Assembly (NCBI GenBank): GCA_963761305.1
Contig: CAVXGK010000002.1
Location: 3,200,001 to 3,264,000, forward strand
DNA length: 64,000 bases
Origin: an uncultured Gemmatimonadaceae bacterium
GTDB taxonomy: Bacteria > Gemmatimonadota > Gemmatimonadetes > Gemmatimonadales > Gemmatimonadaceae
Direction of reading: 5' to 3'
The notes beneath the pieces were generated by a model that was given only the letters and a program-made list of their open reading frames with translations, did not search any database and was not told the DNA's origin. Numbering within the stretch: position 1 is the first letter of the stretch; every line of letters begins with the position of its first letter. This document shows, one piece after another, positions 10,641-21,382 of this stretch. Made by a program: the position numbers and the translations under genes.

Positions 10641-10660
10641 ATAGGCCCTGGGGGTATATT
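10641..10660 (+). promoter_or_regulatory. Putative CsoR operator overlapping the copA -10 box
   Basis: ATAGGCCCTGGGGGTAT resembles C-tract/G-tract CsoR sites; TATATT at 10655-10660 lies 6 nt before the ATG. Confidence 0.6.
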
Positions 10661-10666
10661 CCCACT

Positions 10667-12957
10667 ATGGCCTCGCGACCCTCCATCACGATTGCGGTCA
10701 CCGGCATGACCTGCGCGGCCTGTCAGGCGCGCGTGCAGCGGGCCCTCGCCAAGACACCCGGCGTCGATGCGGCCGCGGTGAACCTCATGATGAACAACGC
10801 GGCCGTGACGTACAACCCGGCGGTCGCGTCGCCGGAACTGCTCGTCGACGCGATTCGGGCGACCGGTTACGGCGCCGAGCTGCCGGCGGCTGAGAAGAGT
10901 GCGACGCGCGAGCAGGCAGAGCAGGACGCGACGCGGCGCGATGAATTCCGCGATCTCCGCAACAAAGCCGCGTTCGCTTTCGTCGTCGGCGTCGTCACGA
11001 TGGCGGCGTCGATGTCGAGGGTCCTCGATGTCAGGGTCCTCGAGGTCAGGGTCATCGTTGTCGGCGATGACGACGAGCGCCGGCGCCGCGCCGCTCGCGT
11101 GGTGGCTGATGCTCGTCGCCACGTCGGTCGTGATGGTGTGGGCGGGGCGGGATTTCTACGTGCGCGCGTGGAAGGCGCTGCGACACGGCGCGGCGGACAT
11201 GAACACGCTCATCAGCGTCGGCACCGGCGCGGCGTTCGTGTTCTCACTCGTCGCGACGCTGAGCCCGGCGACGCTCGCACGCAACGGAGTGCAGCCGCAG
11301 GTCTACTACGAAGCGGTCGTCTTCATACTCGCGTTCGTGCTGGCGGGTCGCGCCATGGAAGCGCGCGCGAAGGGCCAGACGACGTCGGCGCTGCGACGAC
11401 TCGTCGACCTGCAGCCGGCACACGCGCGCGTGATTCGCGACGGCGTCGAACACGACGTTCCGATCGAGAATGTGCGGCGCGGTGATGCCGTCGTCGTGCG
11501 GCCGGGCGAGCGCCTGGCGGTCGACGGAGAGGTCGTCGACGGCGGCAGCGCGATCGACGAATCGATGTTGACGGGCGAATCGATGCCGGTAAGCAAGACG
11601 ATCGGCGATCGCGTGTTCGGCGGCACGGTCAACGGTTCCGGCGCGCTCGTCACCCGCGCGACGTCGCTCGGCGAAGACAGCGCGCTGGCGAGAATCGTAA
11701 AGCTCATGCGCGAGGCCCAGGCGACTCGCGCGCCGATTCAGAGTCTCGCCGATCGCGTGAGCGGCGTGTTCGTTCCCGTGGTCTTCGTCATCGCGCTGGC
11801 GACGCTCGTCGTCTGGCTCGCGGCAGGCGGTCGCGCGCACGCCGCGCAGGCGATCGCGGCGAGCGTGTCGGTGTTGATCATCGCCTGTCCGTGCGCGATG
11901 GGGTTGGCAGTGCCGACCGCGGTCATGGTGGCGACGGGCAAGGGCGCGGAGCGCGGTGTGCTGATCAAGGGAGGACGCGCCCTCGAGCGGGCAGGCAGCG
12001 TCGACGTGGTGCTGCTCGACAAGACCGGAACCATGACGACCGGCCGGCCCACTGTGACCGACATCGTTCCAGCGAGCGGCGTCGACGAGGCGGAGCTGCT
12101 CGAAACGGCGTCGAGCGTCGAGCGATTGTCGGAGCATCCGATCGCTCGAGCGATCGTGGACTACGCCAACGAGCGGCGCGTCGCGCGACGCGCGGCCATC
12201 GGGTTCAGCGCGGAACCGGGACACGGGGCACGCGCCCACGTGGACGGAGCAGGAGGTGCTCGTCGGCATCGCGTCCTTCGTCGGTGAGGCGGGAGCGATT
12301 CCAGCGGAGATCGCCGCCGCGGCCACGCGACTATCGACGGCGGGGAAGACGCTGGCGTTCGTCGCGCGTGGCGGACGCGCGCTCGGCGTGATCGCGGTGG
12401 CGGATGAAATGCGACCCACGTCGGTATCGGCGATCACGCGTCTGCGCAATCTCGGGCTCGACGTCGTGATGCTCACCGGCGACAACGAGCGAACCGCACA
12501 CGCGATCGCGGGCGACGCGGGCATCGCGAAGGTGTCGGCGAATCTGCGCCCCGCCGACAAGATCGCCGAGGTCGAGCGCCACCAGCGTGAGGGCCGCGTG
12601 GTCGCCATGGTCGGCGACGGCATCAACGACGCGCCGGCGCTGGCGCGGGCCGACGTCGGCATCGCCGTCGGCACCGGCACCGACGTGGCGATCGACGCGA
12701 GCGAGGTCACGCTGATGCGTCCCGACCTCGGCGGCGTCGCCGACGCGATTTCGTTGTCGCGCCGAACGATGCGCACGATTCGCCAGAATCTGTTCTGGGC
12801 GATGATCTACAACGTCATTGGAATTCCGATCGCTGCCGGCGTGCTCTTTCCTCGATTCGGCATCGCGCTCAACCCCGTCGTGGCCAGCGCGGCGATGGCG
12901 CTCAGTTCGGTGAGCGTCGTGAGCAACAGTCTTCGTCTGAGGAGATGGACGCCATGA
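10667..12957 (+). CDS. copA: Cu(I)-translocating P1B-type ATPase; two +1 frameshifts (~11017, ~12250)
   Basis: GMTCAAC metal-binding domain, TGES, CPC, DKTGT, SEHP, MLTGD, GDGIND, YN and MALSSVSV motifs across three ORF pieces. Confidence 0.9.
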
Positions 12958-13298
12958 AAAACGATCGCTCGCTCGCCGACTGCGCGTGCGAGGTGCACGA
13001 GTCGGGCGGACGCAAGGCCGTCGCCGTCGACCCGGGCATCAAGGCGCGAAACCTCAAGCGACTGCGCCGGATCGAAGGGCAGGTGCGCGGCCTTCAGAAA
13101 ATGGTCGAAGACGATCGCTACTGCGCCGACGTCATGACGCAGATCTCATCCGTGCACGAAGCGCTGCGCAGCGTGGGACGCGCGCTGATGCGAAACCATC
13201 TGCGCCACTGCGCCGCGTCGGCCATTCGCGCCGGCGCGTCGGAGGCCGAGTCGATGTACGACGAGCTGGTCGAGATGATGTACCGACACGCGCGCTGA
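12954..13298 (+). CDS. csoR: CsoR/RcnR-family metal-sensing repressor
   Basis: [16 protein letters not shown]...HLRHC ligands; ATGA overlap with the copA stop. Confidence 0.9.
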   Translation: MKNDRSLADCACEVHESGGRKAVAVDPGIKARNLKRLRRIEGQVRGLQKMVEDDRYCADVMTQISSVHEALRSVGRALMRNHLRHCAASAIRAGASEAESMYDELVEMMYRHAR

Positions 13299-13310
13299 CG
13301 CGCGCGCGGC

Positions 13311-15314
13311 TCAGGACGTGACGCGCAGCGCGGCTTCGACGACGCGCTCGGCGGTGATGCCGAGCTCCTGGTAGATGCGCTCGTAGGGCGAGCTGGCGCC
13401 GAATCGATGGAGGCCGATCGCTTCGCCGTTCAATCCGACCCAGCGGTACCACGACATCGGCTGCGCCGCTTCGATCGCCACGCGCGGGATGCCGGCCGGC
13501 AGCACCGACGTCTGGTACTCCTCGGGCTGGCGTTCGAACAACTCCATCGACGGCATCGAGACGACGCGCGCGGCGACGCCGCGAGTCGCGAGCTGCTCTT
13601 GCGCGGCCATCACCAGCTGAACTTCGGAACCGGACGCCATGAGCACGACGCGCGGCTTGGCGCCCTTCGCCGGATCGGCGAGCACGTACGCACCGCGCGT
13701 GAGCCCCTCGGCCGGCGCGTACTTGGTGCGATCGATGAACGGAAGCTTCTGGCGTGTGAGGACGAGTGCGATCGGTCCGGCCGGAAGATCCACGGCGACC
13801 CTCCACGCGACGGCGGCCTCGTTGGAGTCGGCGGGTCGCACGACGGTGAATCCGGGAATCGCGCGCAGCGACGAAAGCTGCTCGATCGGCTGATGTGTCG
13901 GTCCGTCTTCACCCAGTCCGATCGAGTCGTGCGTGTAGATGTAGATGACGCGCGCGCCCATGAGCGCCGCGAGGCGCACCGACGGACGCATGTAGTCGGA
14001 GAAGATGAGAAACGTGCCGCCGTACGGCAGCACGCCGCCGTGCAGCGCCATGCCGTTCATGATCGACGCCATCGCGTGCTCGCGAATTCCGAAGTGCATG
14101 TAGCGCGAGCCGGGTGACTCCGGCGTGAAGTTCTGCCACGCCTTCACCGACGTGTTGTTCGACGGCGTGAGATCGGCCGAGCCGCCGACCAATTCGGGAA
14201 GCGCGTCGGCGGTGGCGTTGAGCGCGGCGCCGAACGCGGCGCGAGTGGCGATCGTGCCGTTTTCCGCCGTGAACGTCGGAAGTTTGGCGGCCCAGTTCTG
14301 GAGACGTTTGCCGGCGAGGCGTCGCTCGAGCTCCGCGGCGTCGGCGGGGTTCGCGTCGGCGTACGTCTTCCACCGCGCGGTCCACTCGGCGTGACATCGC
14401 GCGCCGCGATCCTTCGCCTTCCGCCACTCGGCGAGCGATTCGGGCGGCACGTAGAACGTGTCGAGCGTCGGCCAGCCGAGGTTTTTCTTCGTGATCACGA
14501 CGTTGTCTTTGCCGAGCGCTTCGCCGTGCGCTTTTTCGGAATCCTGACGCGGACTGCCGTAGCCGATGTGCGAGCGAGTGATGATCAGCGTGGGCCGCTC
14601 GGGATCGTTCTTCGCCTCGGCGATCGCGCCTTCGATGGCGTCGAGGTCGTTCACGTCGGCGATGTGCAGCACCTGCCAGCCATAGCCCTCGAATCGTTTG
14701 GCGGTGTCGTCGGTAAACGTGAGCTCGGTCTTCCCGTCGATCGTGATGTGGTTGTCGTCGTAGAAGCCGATCAGTTTCCCGAGCTTGAAATGCCCCGCGA
14801 ACGACGACGCCTCGTGCGAGATCCCTTCCATGAGATCGCCGTCGCTACAGATGAAGAACGTGTAGTGCTCGACGATGTCCTGTCCCGGCTTGTTGAAGCT
14901 GGCGGCAAGGTGCGCTTCGGCGACCGCCATGCCGACGGCGTTGCCGATGCCCTGGCCGAGCGGACCGGTGGTCGTCTCGACGCCGGGTGTGTGTCCGTGC
15001 TCCGGGTGGCCTGGCGTCTTGCTGCCCCACTGCCTGAACTGCTTGATATCATCGAGTGAGAGGTCGTACCCGGTCAGAAACAGGCACGAGTAGAGGAGCA
15101 TGGAGGCGTGCCCGCACGAGAGGATGAAGCGGTCTCGGTTGGGCCATGCCGGGTCGGCCGGGTCGAAGCGCATCGTGCGCGTGAACAGCACGTAGCCGAG
15201 TGGCGCGAGCGCCATCGGGGTGCCGGGATGGCCGGAATCGGCCTGCTGCACGGCGTCCATCGACAGCGTGCGGACCGTATTGATGCAGAGGAGATCGAGA
15301 TCGCTCGCGGGCAT
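13311..15314 (-). CDS. tkt: Transketolase
   Basis: [47 protein letters not shown] motifs. Confidence 0.97.
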   Translation of the reverse strand: MPASDLDLLCINTVRTLSMDAVQQADSGHPGTPMALAPLGYVLFTRTMRFDPADPAWPNRDRFILSCGHASMLLYSCLFLTGYDLSLDDIKQFRQWGSKTPGHPEHGHTPGVETTTGPLGQGIGNAVGMAVAEAHLAASFNKPGQDIVEHYTFFICSDGDLMEGISHEASSFAGHFKLGKLIGFYDDNHITIDGKTELTFTDDTAKRFEGYGWQVLHIADVNDLDAIEGAIAEAKNDPERPTLIITRSHIGYGSPRQDSEKAHGEALGKDNVVITKKNLGWPTLDTFYVPPESLAEWRKAKDRGARCHAEWTARWKTYADANPADAAELERRLAGKRLQNWAAKLPTFTAENGTIATRAAFGAALNATADALPELVGGSADLTPSNNTSVKAWQNFTPESPGSRYMHFGIREHAMASIMNGMALHGGVLPYGGTFLIFSDYMRPSVRLAALMGARVIYIYTHDSIGLGEDGPTHQPIEQLSSLRAIPGFTVVRPADSNEAAVAWRVAVDLPAGPIALVLTRQKLPFIDRTKYAPAEGLTRGAYVLADPAKGAKPRVVLMASGSEVQLVMAAQEQLATRGVAARVVSMPSMELFERQPEEYQTSVLPAGIPRVAIEAAQPMSWYRWVGLNGEAIGLHRFGASSPYERIYQELGITAERVVEAALRVTS

Positions 15315-15420
15315 TGCTGGTCGGCGTGGGTAAATGGAATGGGCGTGCTGAAATTAGCTCGCCGAGGGCAGCGGCGAAAAATGGGCGTTACCGTGCCCGA
15401 CAGGCATCGTCTCCCAGACG

Positions 15421-16677
15421 ATGGCGTTGAACGAGCCCCCCTTCTCTCCCTCCTATCTCGGTCCGAGCGCGGCGTCGAGCTGCGACGCGATCGTGATCGG
15501 CGGCGGCTTTTACGGCGCGCGCCTCGCGCTGACGCTGCGCCAGCGCGGCCTTCGCGTGCTGCTCGTCGAGCGGGAGGCGACGCTGCTCGCTCGCGCGTCG
15601 ATTCGCAACCAGGCGCGGGTGCATAACGGATACCACTACCCGCGCAGCATCCTGACCTCACTTCGCTCGCGTCTCAACTATCGCCGCTTCATCGACGAGT
15701 ATCGCGACTGCGTGCACTCGGGCTTCACGCACTACTACGCCGTGGCGCGCGGCATGTCGAAGGTCACGGCGAGCCAGTTCGCCGAGTTCTGCCGGCGCAT
15801 CGAGGCGCCGCTCACTCCGGCGCCGCCTCACGTCGCCAAGCTGTTCGACGCGTCGCGGATCGATGCGGTGTTCGAGGTCGAGGAATGCGCGTTCGACGCC
15901 GCGTCGCTGCGCGCGCGAATGACGCGCGAACTGCACGCCGCCGGCGTGGACGTCGCGCTCTCGACGGAGGCGGTCTCGGTGAGATCGACCCGGGCGGGAG
16001 TCGAGGTGGCGTTTGGCGATTCGGGCGGAACACTCGGCCAGGCGTCCATCCGTCCTCCCGCGACCGCACAGCTCGCGCTCAACTGCACGTACTCTCGCCT
16101 CAACCACGTGCTCAGCGCGTCGCACGCCGAGCCCATTCCCGCGAAACACGAGCTCACCGAACTGGCGCTCGTCGAGCCGCCGGAGGCTCTGGGCGGCGCC
16201 GCGGTGACGGTGATGGACGGTCCGTTCTTCTCCCTCATGCCGTATCCGTCGCGCGGTCTCTCCACGCTGAGCCACGTCCGCTACACGCCGCACTACAACT
16301 GGCACGACAAGCCGAATCAACCGGTGATCGACGTGCTCACGACCGGCAGCGCGTCGCGGTACGAGCACATGGTGCGGGATGCGACGCGCTACCTTCCGGC
16401 GATGCGGGGCACGCGGTACGTCGACTCGCTGTGGGAGATCAAGACGGTGATGCCCCGCAGCGAGAAAGACGACAGCCGGCCCATCCTGCTGCGCCGCTGC
16501 GCCGAGCACCCGTCGCTGATCACGGTACTCGGCGCGAAGATCGACAGCGTGTACGACGTCGAAGACGCGTTGCTCGCCGAGCTAGCCCAGCGACCCGTGC
16601 GCCGAGTTCCACGTCCCACCCCGACCGATGCCCGCCGACTCCCTGATTTCGATCGTCGCCCCGCTCGAAGGCGATAG
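15421..16677 (+). CDS. FAD-dependent oxidoreductase (DAO-like)
   Basis: IGGGFYG dinucleotide motif, NQARVHNGYHYPRS, MDGPFFS; the 3' end overlaps the next gene by 50 bp. Confidence 0.88.
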   Translation: MALNEPPFSPSYLGPSAASSCDAIVIGGGFYGARLALTLRQRGLRVLLVEREATLLARASIRNQARVHNGYHYPRSILTSLRSRLNYRRFIDEYRDCVHSGFTHYYAVARGMSKVTASQFAEFCRRIEAPLTPAPPHVAKLFDASRIDAVFEVEECAFDAASLRARMTRELHAAGVDVALSTEAVSVRSTRAGVEVAFGDSGGTLGQASIRPPATAQLALNCTYSRLNHVLSASHAEPIPAKHELTELALVEPPEALGGAAVTVMDGPFFSLMPYPSRGLSTLSHVRYTPHYNWHDKPNQPVIDVLTTGSASRYEHMVRDATRYLPAMRGTRYVDSLWEIKTVMPRSEKDDSRPILLRRCAEHPSLITVLGAKIDSVYDVEDALLAELAQRPVRRVPRPTPTDARRLPDFDRRPARRR

Positions 16678-17590
16678 CCCCGACGCGATCGAAGCGTTCG
16701 TCGAGGAGACGATCGCCGTGCTGAGCGGCCTGGTGTCGCACCACGAGATCATTCTCGTGGACGACGGCGTTCCCGATGCAACGGTCGCGCGCGTGCGCGC
16801 GCTGCTCGAGCGGCACGACTTTCTGCGCTTCTTGCGGCTGTCGCGGCATTTCGGCGAGGAGACGGCGATCACCGCGGGGCTCGACGTGGCGATCGGCGAC
16901 TACATCGTCGTCATGTTGCCGAGCATGGACCCCCCGGCGCTGATTCCGGAATTCCTCGAGCGGGCGCGAGGCGACACGGACGTCGTGTACGGCGTTCGGC
17001 TTCACCGCAGGAACGAACCGATCTGGTACCGCATCGGCGCGCGGCTCTTTTATTGGTACATGAACTCGGTGGTGAAGTTGGGGATTCCGCGCGACTCGAC
17101 GCAGTTCCGATGCATGAGCCGCCAAGTGGTGAATGCGCTGACGCAGATCCGCGGACCCGATCAGTATTTGCGAATGCTGACGTCGTACATCGGCTTCCGA
17201 AAGGAGCCGTTTCCGTACGCGCCGATCAAACGCTCCGGCGCGTCGACCGTGCGGCCCACCAGCGACGCGCTCGACCTGGCGCGCGCGCTCGTCATCGACT
17301 CGACCTCGCATCCGCTGCGCGTGGTCGTGTGGACGGGCGTCGGATTGGCCGCGCTGAATCTGCTGTTCGTCACGCTGCACTTCGGCGGCGACGCCGTCGC
17401 CGCCCTGGCGTTCCACGAGGCCCTCGCGTTTCTGATCATCGCGCTGATGCTGCTCGCGATCGCGGAATACGTCGGCAGCCTCTCGCAGCGGCTTCGCGAT
17501 CGGCCCGCGTACTACGTGCGCGAGGAGCACACGAGCTCCGTGTTGCTGCGCGAAGAGCGTCGAAACGTCGTCGGGAAGACGGCGGAGTGA
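16628..17590 (+). CDS. GT2 glycosyltransferase, GtrB/ArnC-like, with C-terminal TM helices
   Basis: EIILVDDG, LSRHFGEETAITAG, DVVYG, two C-terminal hydrophobic segments; the second acidic motif is degenerate. Confidence 0.85.
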   Translation: MPADSLISIVAPLEGDSPDAIEAFVEETIAVLSGLVSHHEIILVDDGVPDATVARVRALLERHDFLRFLRLSRHFGEETAITAGLDVAIGDYIVVMLPSMDPPALIPEFLERARGDTDVVYGVRLHRRNEPIWYRIGARLFYWYMNSVVKLGIPRDSTQFRCMSRQVVNALTQIRGPDQYLRMLTSYIGFRKEPFPYAPIKRSGASTVRPTSDALDLARALVIDSTSHPLRVVVWTGVGLAALNLLFVTLHFGGDAVAALAFHEALAFLIIALMLLAIAEYVGSLSQRLRDRPAYYVREEHTSSVLLREERRNVVGKTAE

Positions 17591-18384
17591 CGGCAGGGGC
17601 CACTCTCGTGCGAGAGGCGGGCGTGCCAGAGCACGAACGCCTGATCCTCGCTGAGAAGCGCCATCGCTACTGCGTCGCCGTCTTCGTGATCAACGAGGGC
17701 GAGCGCGTACGAAAGCAGCTCGCCGCGATGGCACCATTCGCCGACCGCATCGACATTGTCGTCGCCGACGGCGGCAGCACCGATGGATCGCTCGCGCCGG
17801 ATTCGCTGGCCGGATTTCGTCTTCGCGCGCTCCTCGTCAAGCGCGGCCCCGGACGCCTCAGCGCCCAAATGCGGATGGCGATCGCCTTCGCGCTCGACGA
17901 AGGCTACGACGGCATGGTCGTGATCGACGGCAACGGCAAGGACGACCTCGACGCGTTGCCGCGAATGATCGAGCTGCTCGACGCGGGCTACGATCATGTC
18001 CAGGGTTCGCGCTACGTTCCCGGCGGCCGCGGCATCAACACGCCGCCGAGTCGAACGCTTGCGGTGAAGCTCATCCACGCGCCGTTGATGAGTCTGGCCG
18101 CGGGCACTCGCTACACGGACACGACCAACGGATTTCGCGCATACAGCCGGCGTCTGCTCGCCGATCCCCGCGTCGCGCCGCTGCGCGACGTGTTCATGGG
18201 ATACGAGCTCCACTACTATCTCGCGATCCGCGCCGCGCGGCTCGGCTTCAGGGTGACCGAGACGCCGGTCACGCGCCGCTATCCGGCGAGCGGAAAGACG
18301 CCGACCAAGATCAGCCCGGTGAAGGGCAATCTGCGCGTGCTTCGCACGTTGGCGGCGGCGGTTCTGGGGCGATTCGACCCATGA
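17587..18384 (+). CDS. GT2 polyprenol-phosphate glycosyltransferase (DPM1-like)
   Basis: GTG start overlapping the previous stop; INEG, ADGGSTDG, DGNGKD, GSRY, DTTNGFRAY. Confidence 0.88.
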   Translation: MTAGATLVREAGVPEHERLILAEKRHRYCVAVFVINEGERVRKQLAAMAPFADRIDIVVADGGSTDGSLAPDSLAGFRLRALLVKRGPGRLSAQMRMAIAFALDEGYDGMVVIDGNGKDDLDALPRMIELLDAGYDHVQGSRYVPGGRGINTPPSRTLAVKLIHAPLMSLAAGTRYTDTTNGFRAYSRRLLADPRVAPLRDVFMGYELHYYLAIRAARLGFRVTETPVTRRYPASGKTPTKISPVKGNLRVLRTLAAAVLGRFDP

Positions 18385-19163
18385 GCGAGACCCGCGGCGC
18401 GGCGCTGATCGGCTACACGGGATTCGTCGGCGGGAATCTGCTGGCGCAACACTCGTTCGACGCGCTGTACAACTCGTCCAACATCGACGAGATCGTCGGA
18501 CAGTCGTTCGATCTCATCGTGTGCGCCGGCGCGCCGGCGGAGAAATGGAAAGCGAACGCCGACCCCGAGCGCGACCTGGCCAACATCCGGCGTCTCGCGA
18601 GCGCCATCACGCGGGCGAACGCTCGGCGCGTGGTGCTGCTGTCGACGGTGGACGTGTTCGGTTCGCCGATCGCCGTCGATGAGGACTCGCCGGTGGCGAC
18701 GGACGGATTGCACGCCTACGGCAGAAACCGCCGTTTGCTCGAGGAGTTGGTCGCGGCGCGCTTCGACACGACCGTCGTGAGGCTACCGGGCCTCTACGGA
18801 CCGGGCCTCAAGAAGAACGTCATCTTCGACTTCCTGCACGACAACGACGTGCGCAAGATCGATTCACGCGGTGTCTTCCAGTTTTACGACACGACACGTC
18901 TCTGGCGAGACGTCGAGATCGCGATGCGGCATCGCTTTCCGCTCGTGCATCTGCCGACGGAGCCGGTGAGCGTCGCCGACGTGATCCGCGTGGCCTTCGG
19001 CGCCGAGTTCGACAACCATATGAACGTGGCTCCCGCGCGCTACGACGTACGAACTCGACACGCGGCGCTCTTCGGCGGCAGCGGGGCCTACGTCGAAAGC
19101 GCGGCGCAGACGCTGGCGGGAATTGCCGAGTTTGTCGCGCGAGAACGGAAGAAGGCACCGTGA
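18381..19163 (+). CDS. NAD(P)-dependent epimerase/dehydratase family protein
   Basis: GYTGFVG Rossmann motif, LSTVDV, YGRNR, RLPGLYG; ATGA overlap. Confidence 0.85.
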   Translation: MSETRGAALIGYTGFVGGNLLAQHSFDALYNSSNIDEIVGQSFDLIVCAGAPAEKWKANADPERDLANIRRLASAITRANARRVVLLSTVDVFGSPIAVDEDSPVATDGLHAYGRNRRLLEELVAARFDTTVVRLPGLYGPGLKKNVIFDFLHDNDVRKIDSRGVFQFYDTTRLWRDVEIAMRHRFPLVHLPTEPVSVADVIRVAFGAEFDNHMNVAPARYDVRTRHAALFGGSGAYVESAAQTLAGIAEFVARERKKAP

Positions 19164-19981
19164 AGCTCGCCGTCTCCAACATCGCGTGGGACGCCGGCGC
19201 GGACGACGCGGCTGCCGCGGTGCTCGTGCGCGAAGGCGTGCGCGGAATCGAGATCGCGCCGACCAAGTGGCGAGGCGAGCCGTTCGACGCGCCGGCTGCG
19301 GACGTCGCGACGTTTCGGCGCCGTTGGGAGGATCGCGGGTTGCCGATCGTCGCGCTTCAGTCACTGCTGTTCGGTAAGCCGGGGCTTCAGCTCTTCGCCG
19401 GCGAACACGAGCGAACGGCTCTGATCGATCAGCTCCGCAGGGTCGCCGACTTCGCCGCCGCCGTCGGCGCGCGGGCGCTGGTGTTTGGTTCACCCAAGAA
19501 CCGCGTGCGCGGCCAGCGCTCGATGGACGACGCGGTGACGATCGCCCGCGACACGTTTCGCATCCTCGCGCAGCATGCGCGCGAACGCGGGGTGGTTTTC
19601 TGCATCGAGGCGAACCCGCCCGACTATGGCTGCGACTTCATCACCAAAACGCCCGACGCCGTCGAGCTCTGCCGCCTCGTCGACGAGCCATCCATTCGCG
19701 TGAACGCGGACCTTGGCGGGATGATCCTGTCGAACGAGGATCCGGCGGACTCGATCTCGCGAGCGGCGGAGTTCGTCGGACATGTGCACGCAAGCGAGCC
19801 GCACCTGGCGGAATTGTCATCGAGCGCCGCGCACGCGCGTGCGTCGTCGGCGCTTGTGGCGATGGAGTACTCCGGTTGGATCTCGATCGAGATGCGCGCC
19901 GCCGAGTCGTTGCTGCAGATGGCGGCGCTGGAGCGCGCGATCAGAGTGGCGAAAAACGCTTACGGCGGCGTCAACGGATGA
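19160..19981 (+). CDS. Sugar phosphate isomerase/epimerase (xylose isomerase-like TIM barrel)
   Basis: GIEIAP, VFGSPKNR, CIEANP, HVHASEP, ISIEM; GTGA overlap. Confidence 0.85.
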   Translation: MKLAVSNIAWDAGADDAAAAVLVREGVRGIEIAPTKWRGEPFDAPAADVATFRRRWEDRGLPIVALQSLLFGKPGLQLFAGEHERTALIDQLRRVADFAAAVGARALVFGSPKNRVRGQRSMDDAVTIARDTFRILAQHARERGVVFCIEANPPDYGCDFITKTPDAVELCRLVDEPSIRVNADLGGMILSNEDPADSISRAAEFVGHVHASEPHLAELSSSAAHARASSALVAMEYSGWISIEMRAAESLLQMAALERAIRVAKNAYGGVNG

Positions 19982-19994
19982 CTATCAAGGCCTG

Positions 19995-20114
19995 ACCGGT
20001 CCACCGGTCCACCGGTCCACCGGTCCACCGGTCCACCGGTCCACCGGTCCACCGGTCCACCGGTCCACCGGTCCACCAGTCCACCAGTCCACCAGTCCAC
20101 CAGTCCACCAGTCC
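19995..20114. repeat. Octamer VNTR: (ACCGGTCC)10(ACCAGTCC)5
   Basis: Counted directly; fills the gap between convergent genes. Confidence 0.97.
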
Positions 20115-20116
20115 AC

Positions 20117-21232
20117 CTACTCTTTCGACGTTCCCCGACTCGCCACCCGGTTCGCGAAACGCCCCTCGACCGCGCCGACGTAGAGCATTCTCGAAACCGG
20201 CGCTTTTGCGTCACGGACGACGTTCAGCGTCGCCGACTGTTCGATGGCGCTGGCCGTCTGATCCGGAGTGGCGTTCGGATGCGTCTCGAGATAGAGAGCG
20301 AGCGCTCCGCTCACGTACCCGGCTGCCATCGACGTGCCGTTCCACAGCTGCGTCACCGGCGAGTTGTTGCGGTCGAGACTTGGCAGCAGCACCGAGTCTC
20401 CCGGCGCGTAGATGTCGATGCATGGACCGAACGCCGTGTTCGGTGCGCGTAGGTCGATCGTGTGCGACGTGCCGTCGGAATTTTGCTCCGACGCCAGCGC
20501 CGACGCACCGACGACGATGACGCCGAACGAGTTTGCCGGCGACACGCGGCACGCGTCGATGTCCAGGTTGCCCGCCGACACGACGACGGGAATGCCCGCG
20601 GCTCGTAGTTCCGCAACTGCCGAATCGAGTGACGGTATTCGCGACGACGTGTCGGCGATGAACGACCAATTGGCGACTGCCGGACCCGGGTGCTGTTTGT
20701 GGTCTTCGATCACCCAGTGCGCGCCGTCGACGATTGCCTTGATGGTGCCGCGCAGGCGCTCGCACTGCACCATTTTCACGTCGACGATCTGAACGTCCGG
20801 TGCGACGCCCAGCGTGGCTCCGCCGATCGCGCCCGCGACCGCGGTGCCGTGGGCGTTGCAAATCTTGGGATCGTCTGCAAAGCCCGAGTATCCGATGCGA
20901 ACGCGGCCGGCCAACTCCGGATGGGTCGTCGAGATGCCGCCGTCGAACACGTACACGGTCACGCCCCTGCCGGTCGCCGAGTGGGAGAAGGTCCGGTCCA
21001 AGGGCAGATCGTGCTGGTCGATGCGGTCGAGCGCGACCGAGACAGTGGGTGATTCGAGAATCGTCGTTGGCCGAGCTTCGCTCGACGCCAAACCGTTCAA
21101 CGACGCCGGGTCGACGGAACCGGCGGCGGTGGTCGGATCCGGCCGTGGCGGTCGCGCGCATCCGTTGATCAGCGCGCCACCGACCGCGGCCGCGCCGGCG
21201 AGAAGACCGGCCAATACCAAGGTGCTTCGCAT
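20117..21232 (-). CDS. S8 family serine peptidase (proteinase K/aqualysin-like), probable lipoprotein
   Basis: Catalytic triad motifs VYVFDGG, HGTAVAG, GTSMA; oxyanion SAGN; lipobox-like INGC. Confidence 0.92.
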   Translation of the reverse strand: MRSTLVLAGLLAGAAAVGGALINGCARPPRPDPTTAAGSVDPASLNGLASSEARPTTILESPTVSVALDRIDQHDLPLDRTFSHSATGRGVTVYVFDGGISTTHPELAGRVRIGYSGFADDPKICNAHGTAVAGAIGGATLGVAPDVQIVDVKMVQCERLRGTIKAIVDGAHWVIEDHKQHPGPAVANWSFIADTSSRIPSLDSAVAELRAAGIPVVVSAGNLDIDACRVSPANSFGVIVVGASALASEQNSDGTSHTIDLRAPNTAFGPCIDIYAPGDSVLLPSLDRNNSPVTQLWNGTSMAAGYVSGALALYLETHPNATPDQTASAIEQSATLNVVRDAKAPVSRMLYVGAVEGRFANRVASRGTSKE

Positions 21233-21297
21233 GACCGTCGACTAGGGAAAGCGCATGCCACAACGCGTTCCCGCAAAAGAATTTGGCGCATGCCCGT

Positions 21298-21313
21298 TGG
21301 CCCAATCGGTGCA
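21298..21313 (+). promoter_or_regulatory. Putative sigma54 (-24/-12) promoter for the VIT-vWA/ECF unit
   Basis: TGGCCCAATCGGTGCA has GG and GC at the canonical spacing, about 70 nt before ATG 21383. Confidence 0.5.
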
Positions 21314-21382
21314 ATGGGTGTGCAAGCTGGAGCGCGACCGACGTCTCCCCCTCGTACCGTCTCAAGGGTCAGGGGGTCTACC

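Noticed and set aside
16628..16677. 50-bp overlap of the oxidoreductase and GT2 as a regulatory feature
   Set aside because: The overlapping tail is low-complexity and could result from a lost stop or a sequencing indel; cannot be resolved here.
20075..20114. Chi-site array (reverse complement ACTGGTGG resembles GCTGGTGG)
   Set aside because: One mismatch, only one variant of the octamer family matches, and Chi sequences are lineage-specific.
21248..21262. Sigma54 promoter for the S8 protease (and similar near-matches at ~57475 and ~60102)
   Set aside because: Good -24 elements, but the -12 GC is absent or mis-spaced.
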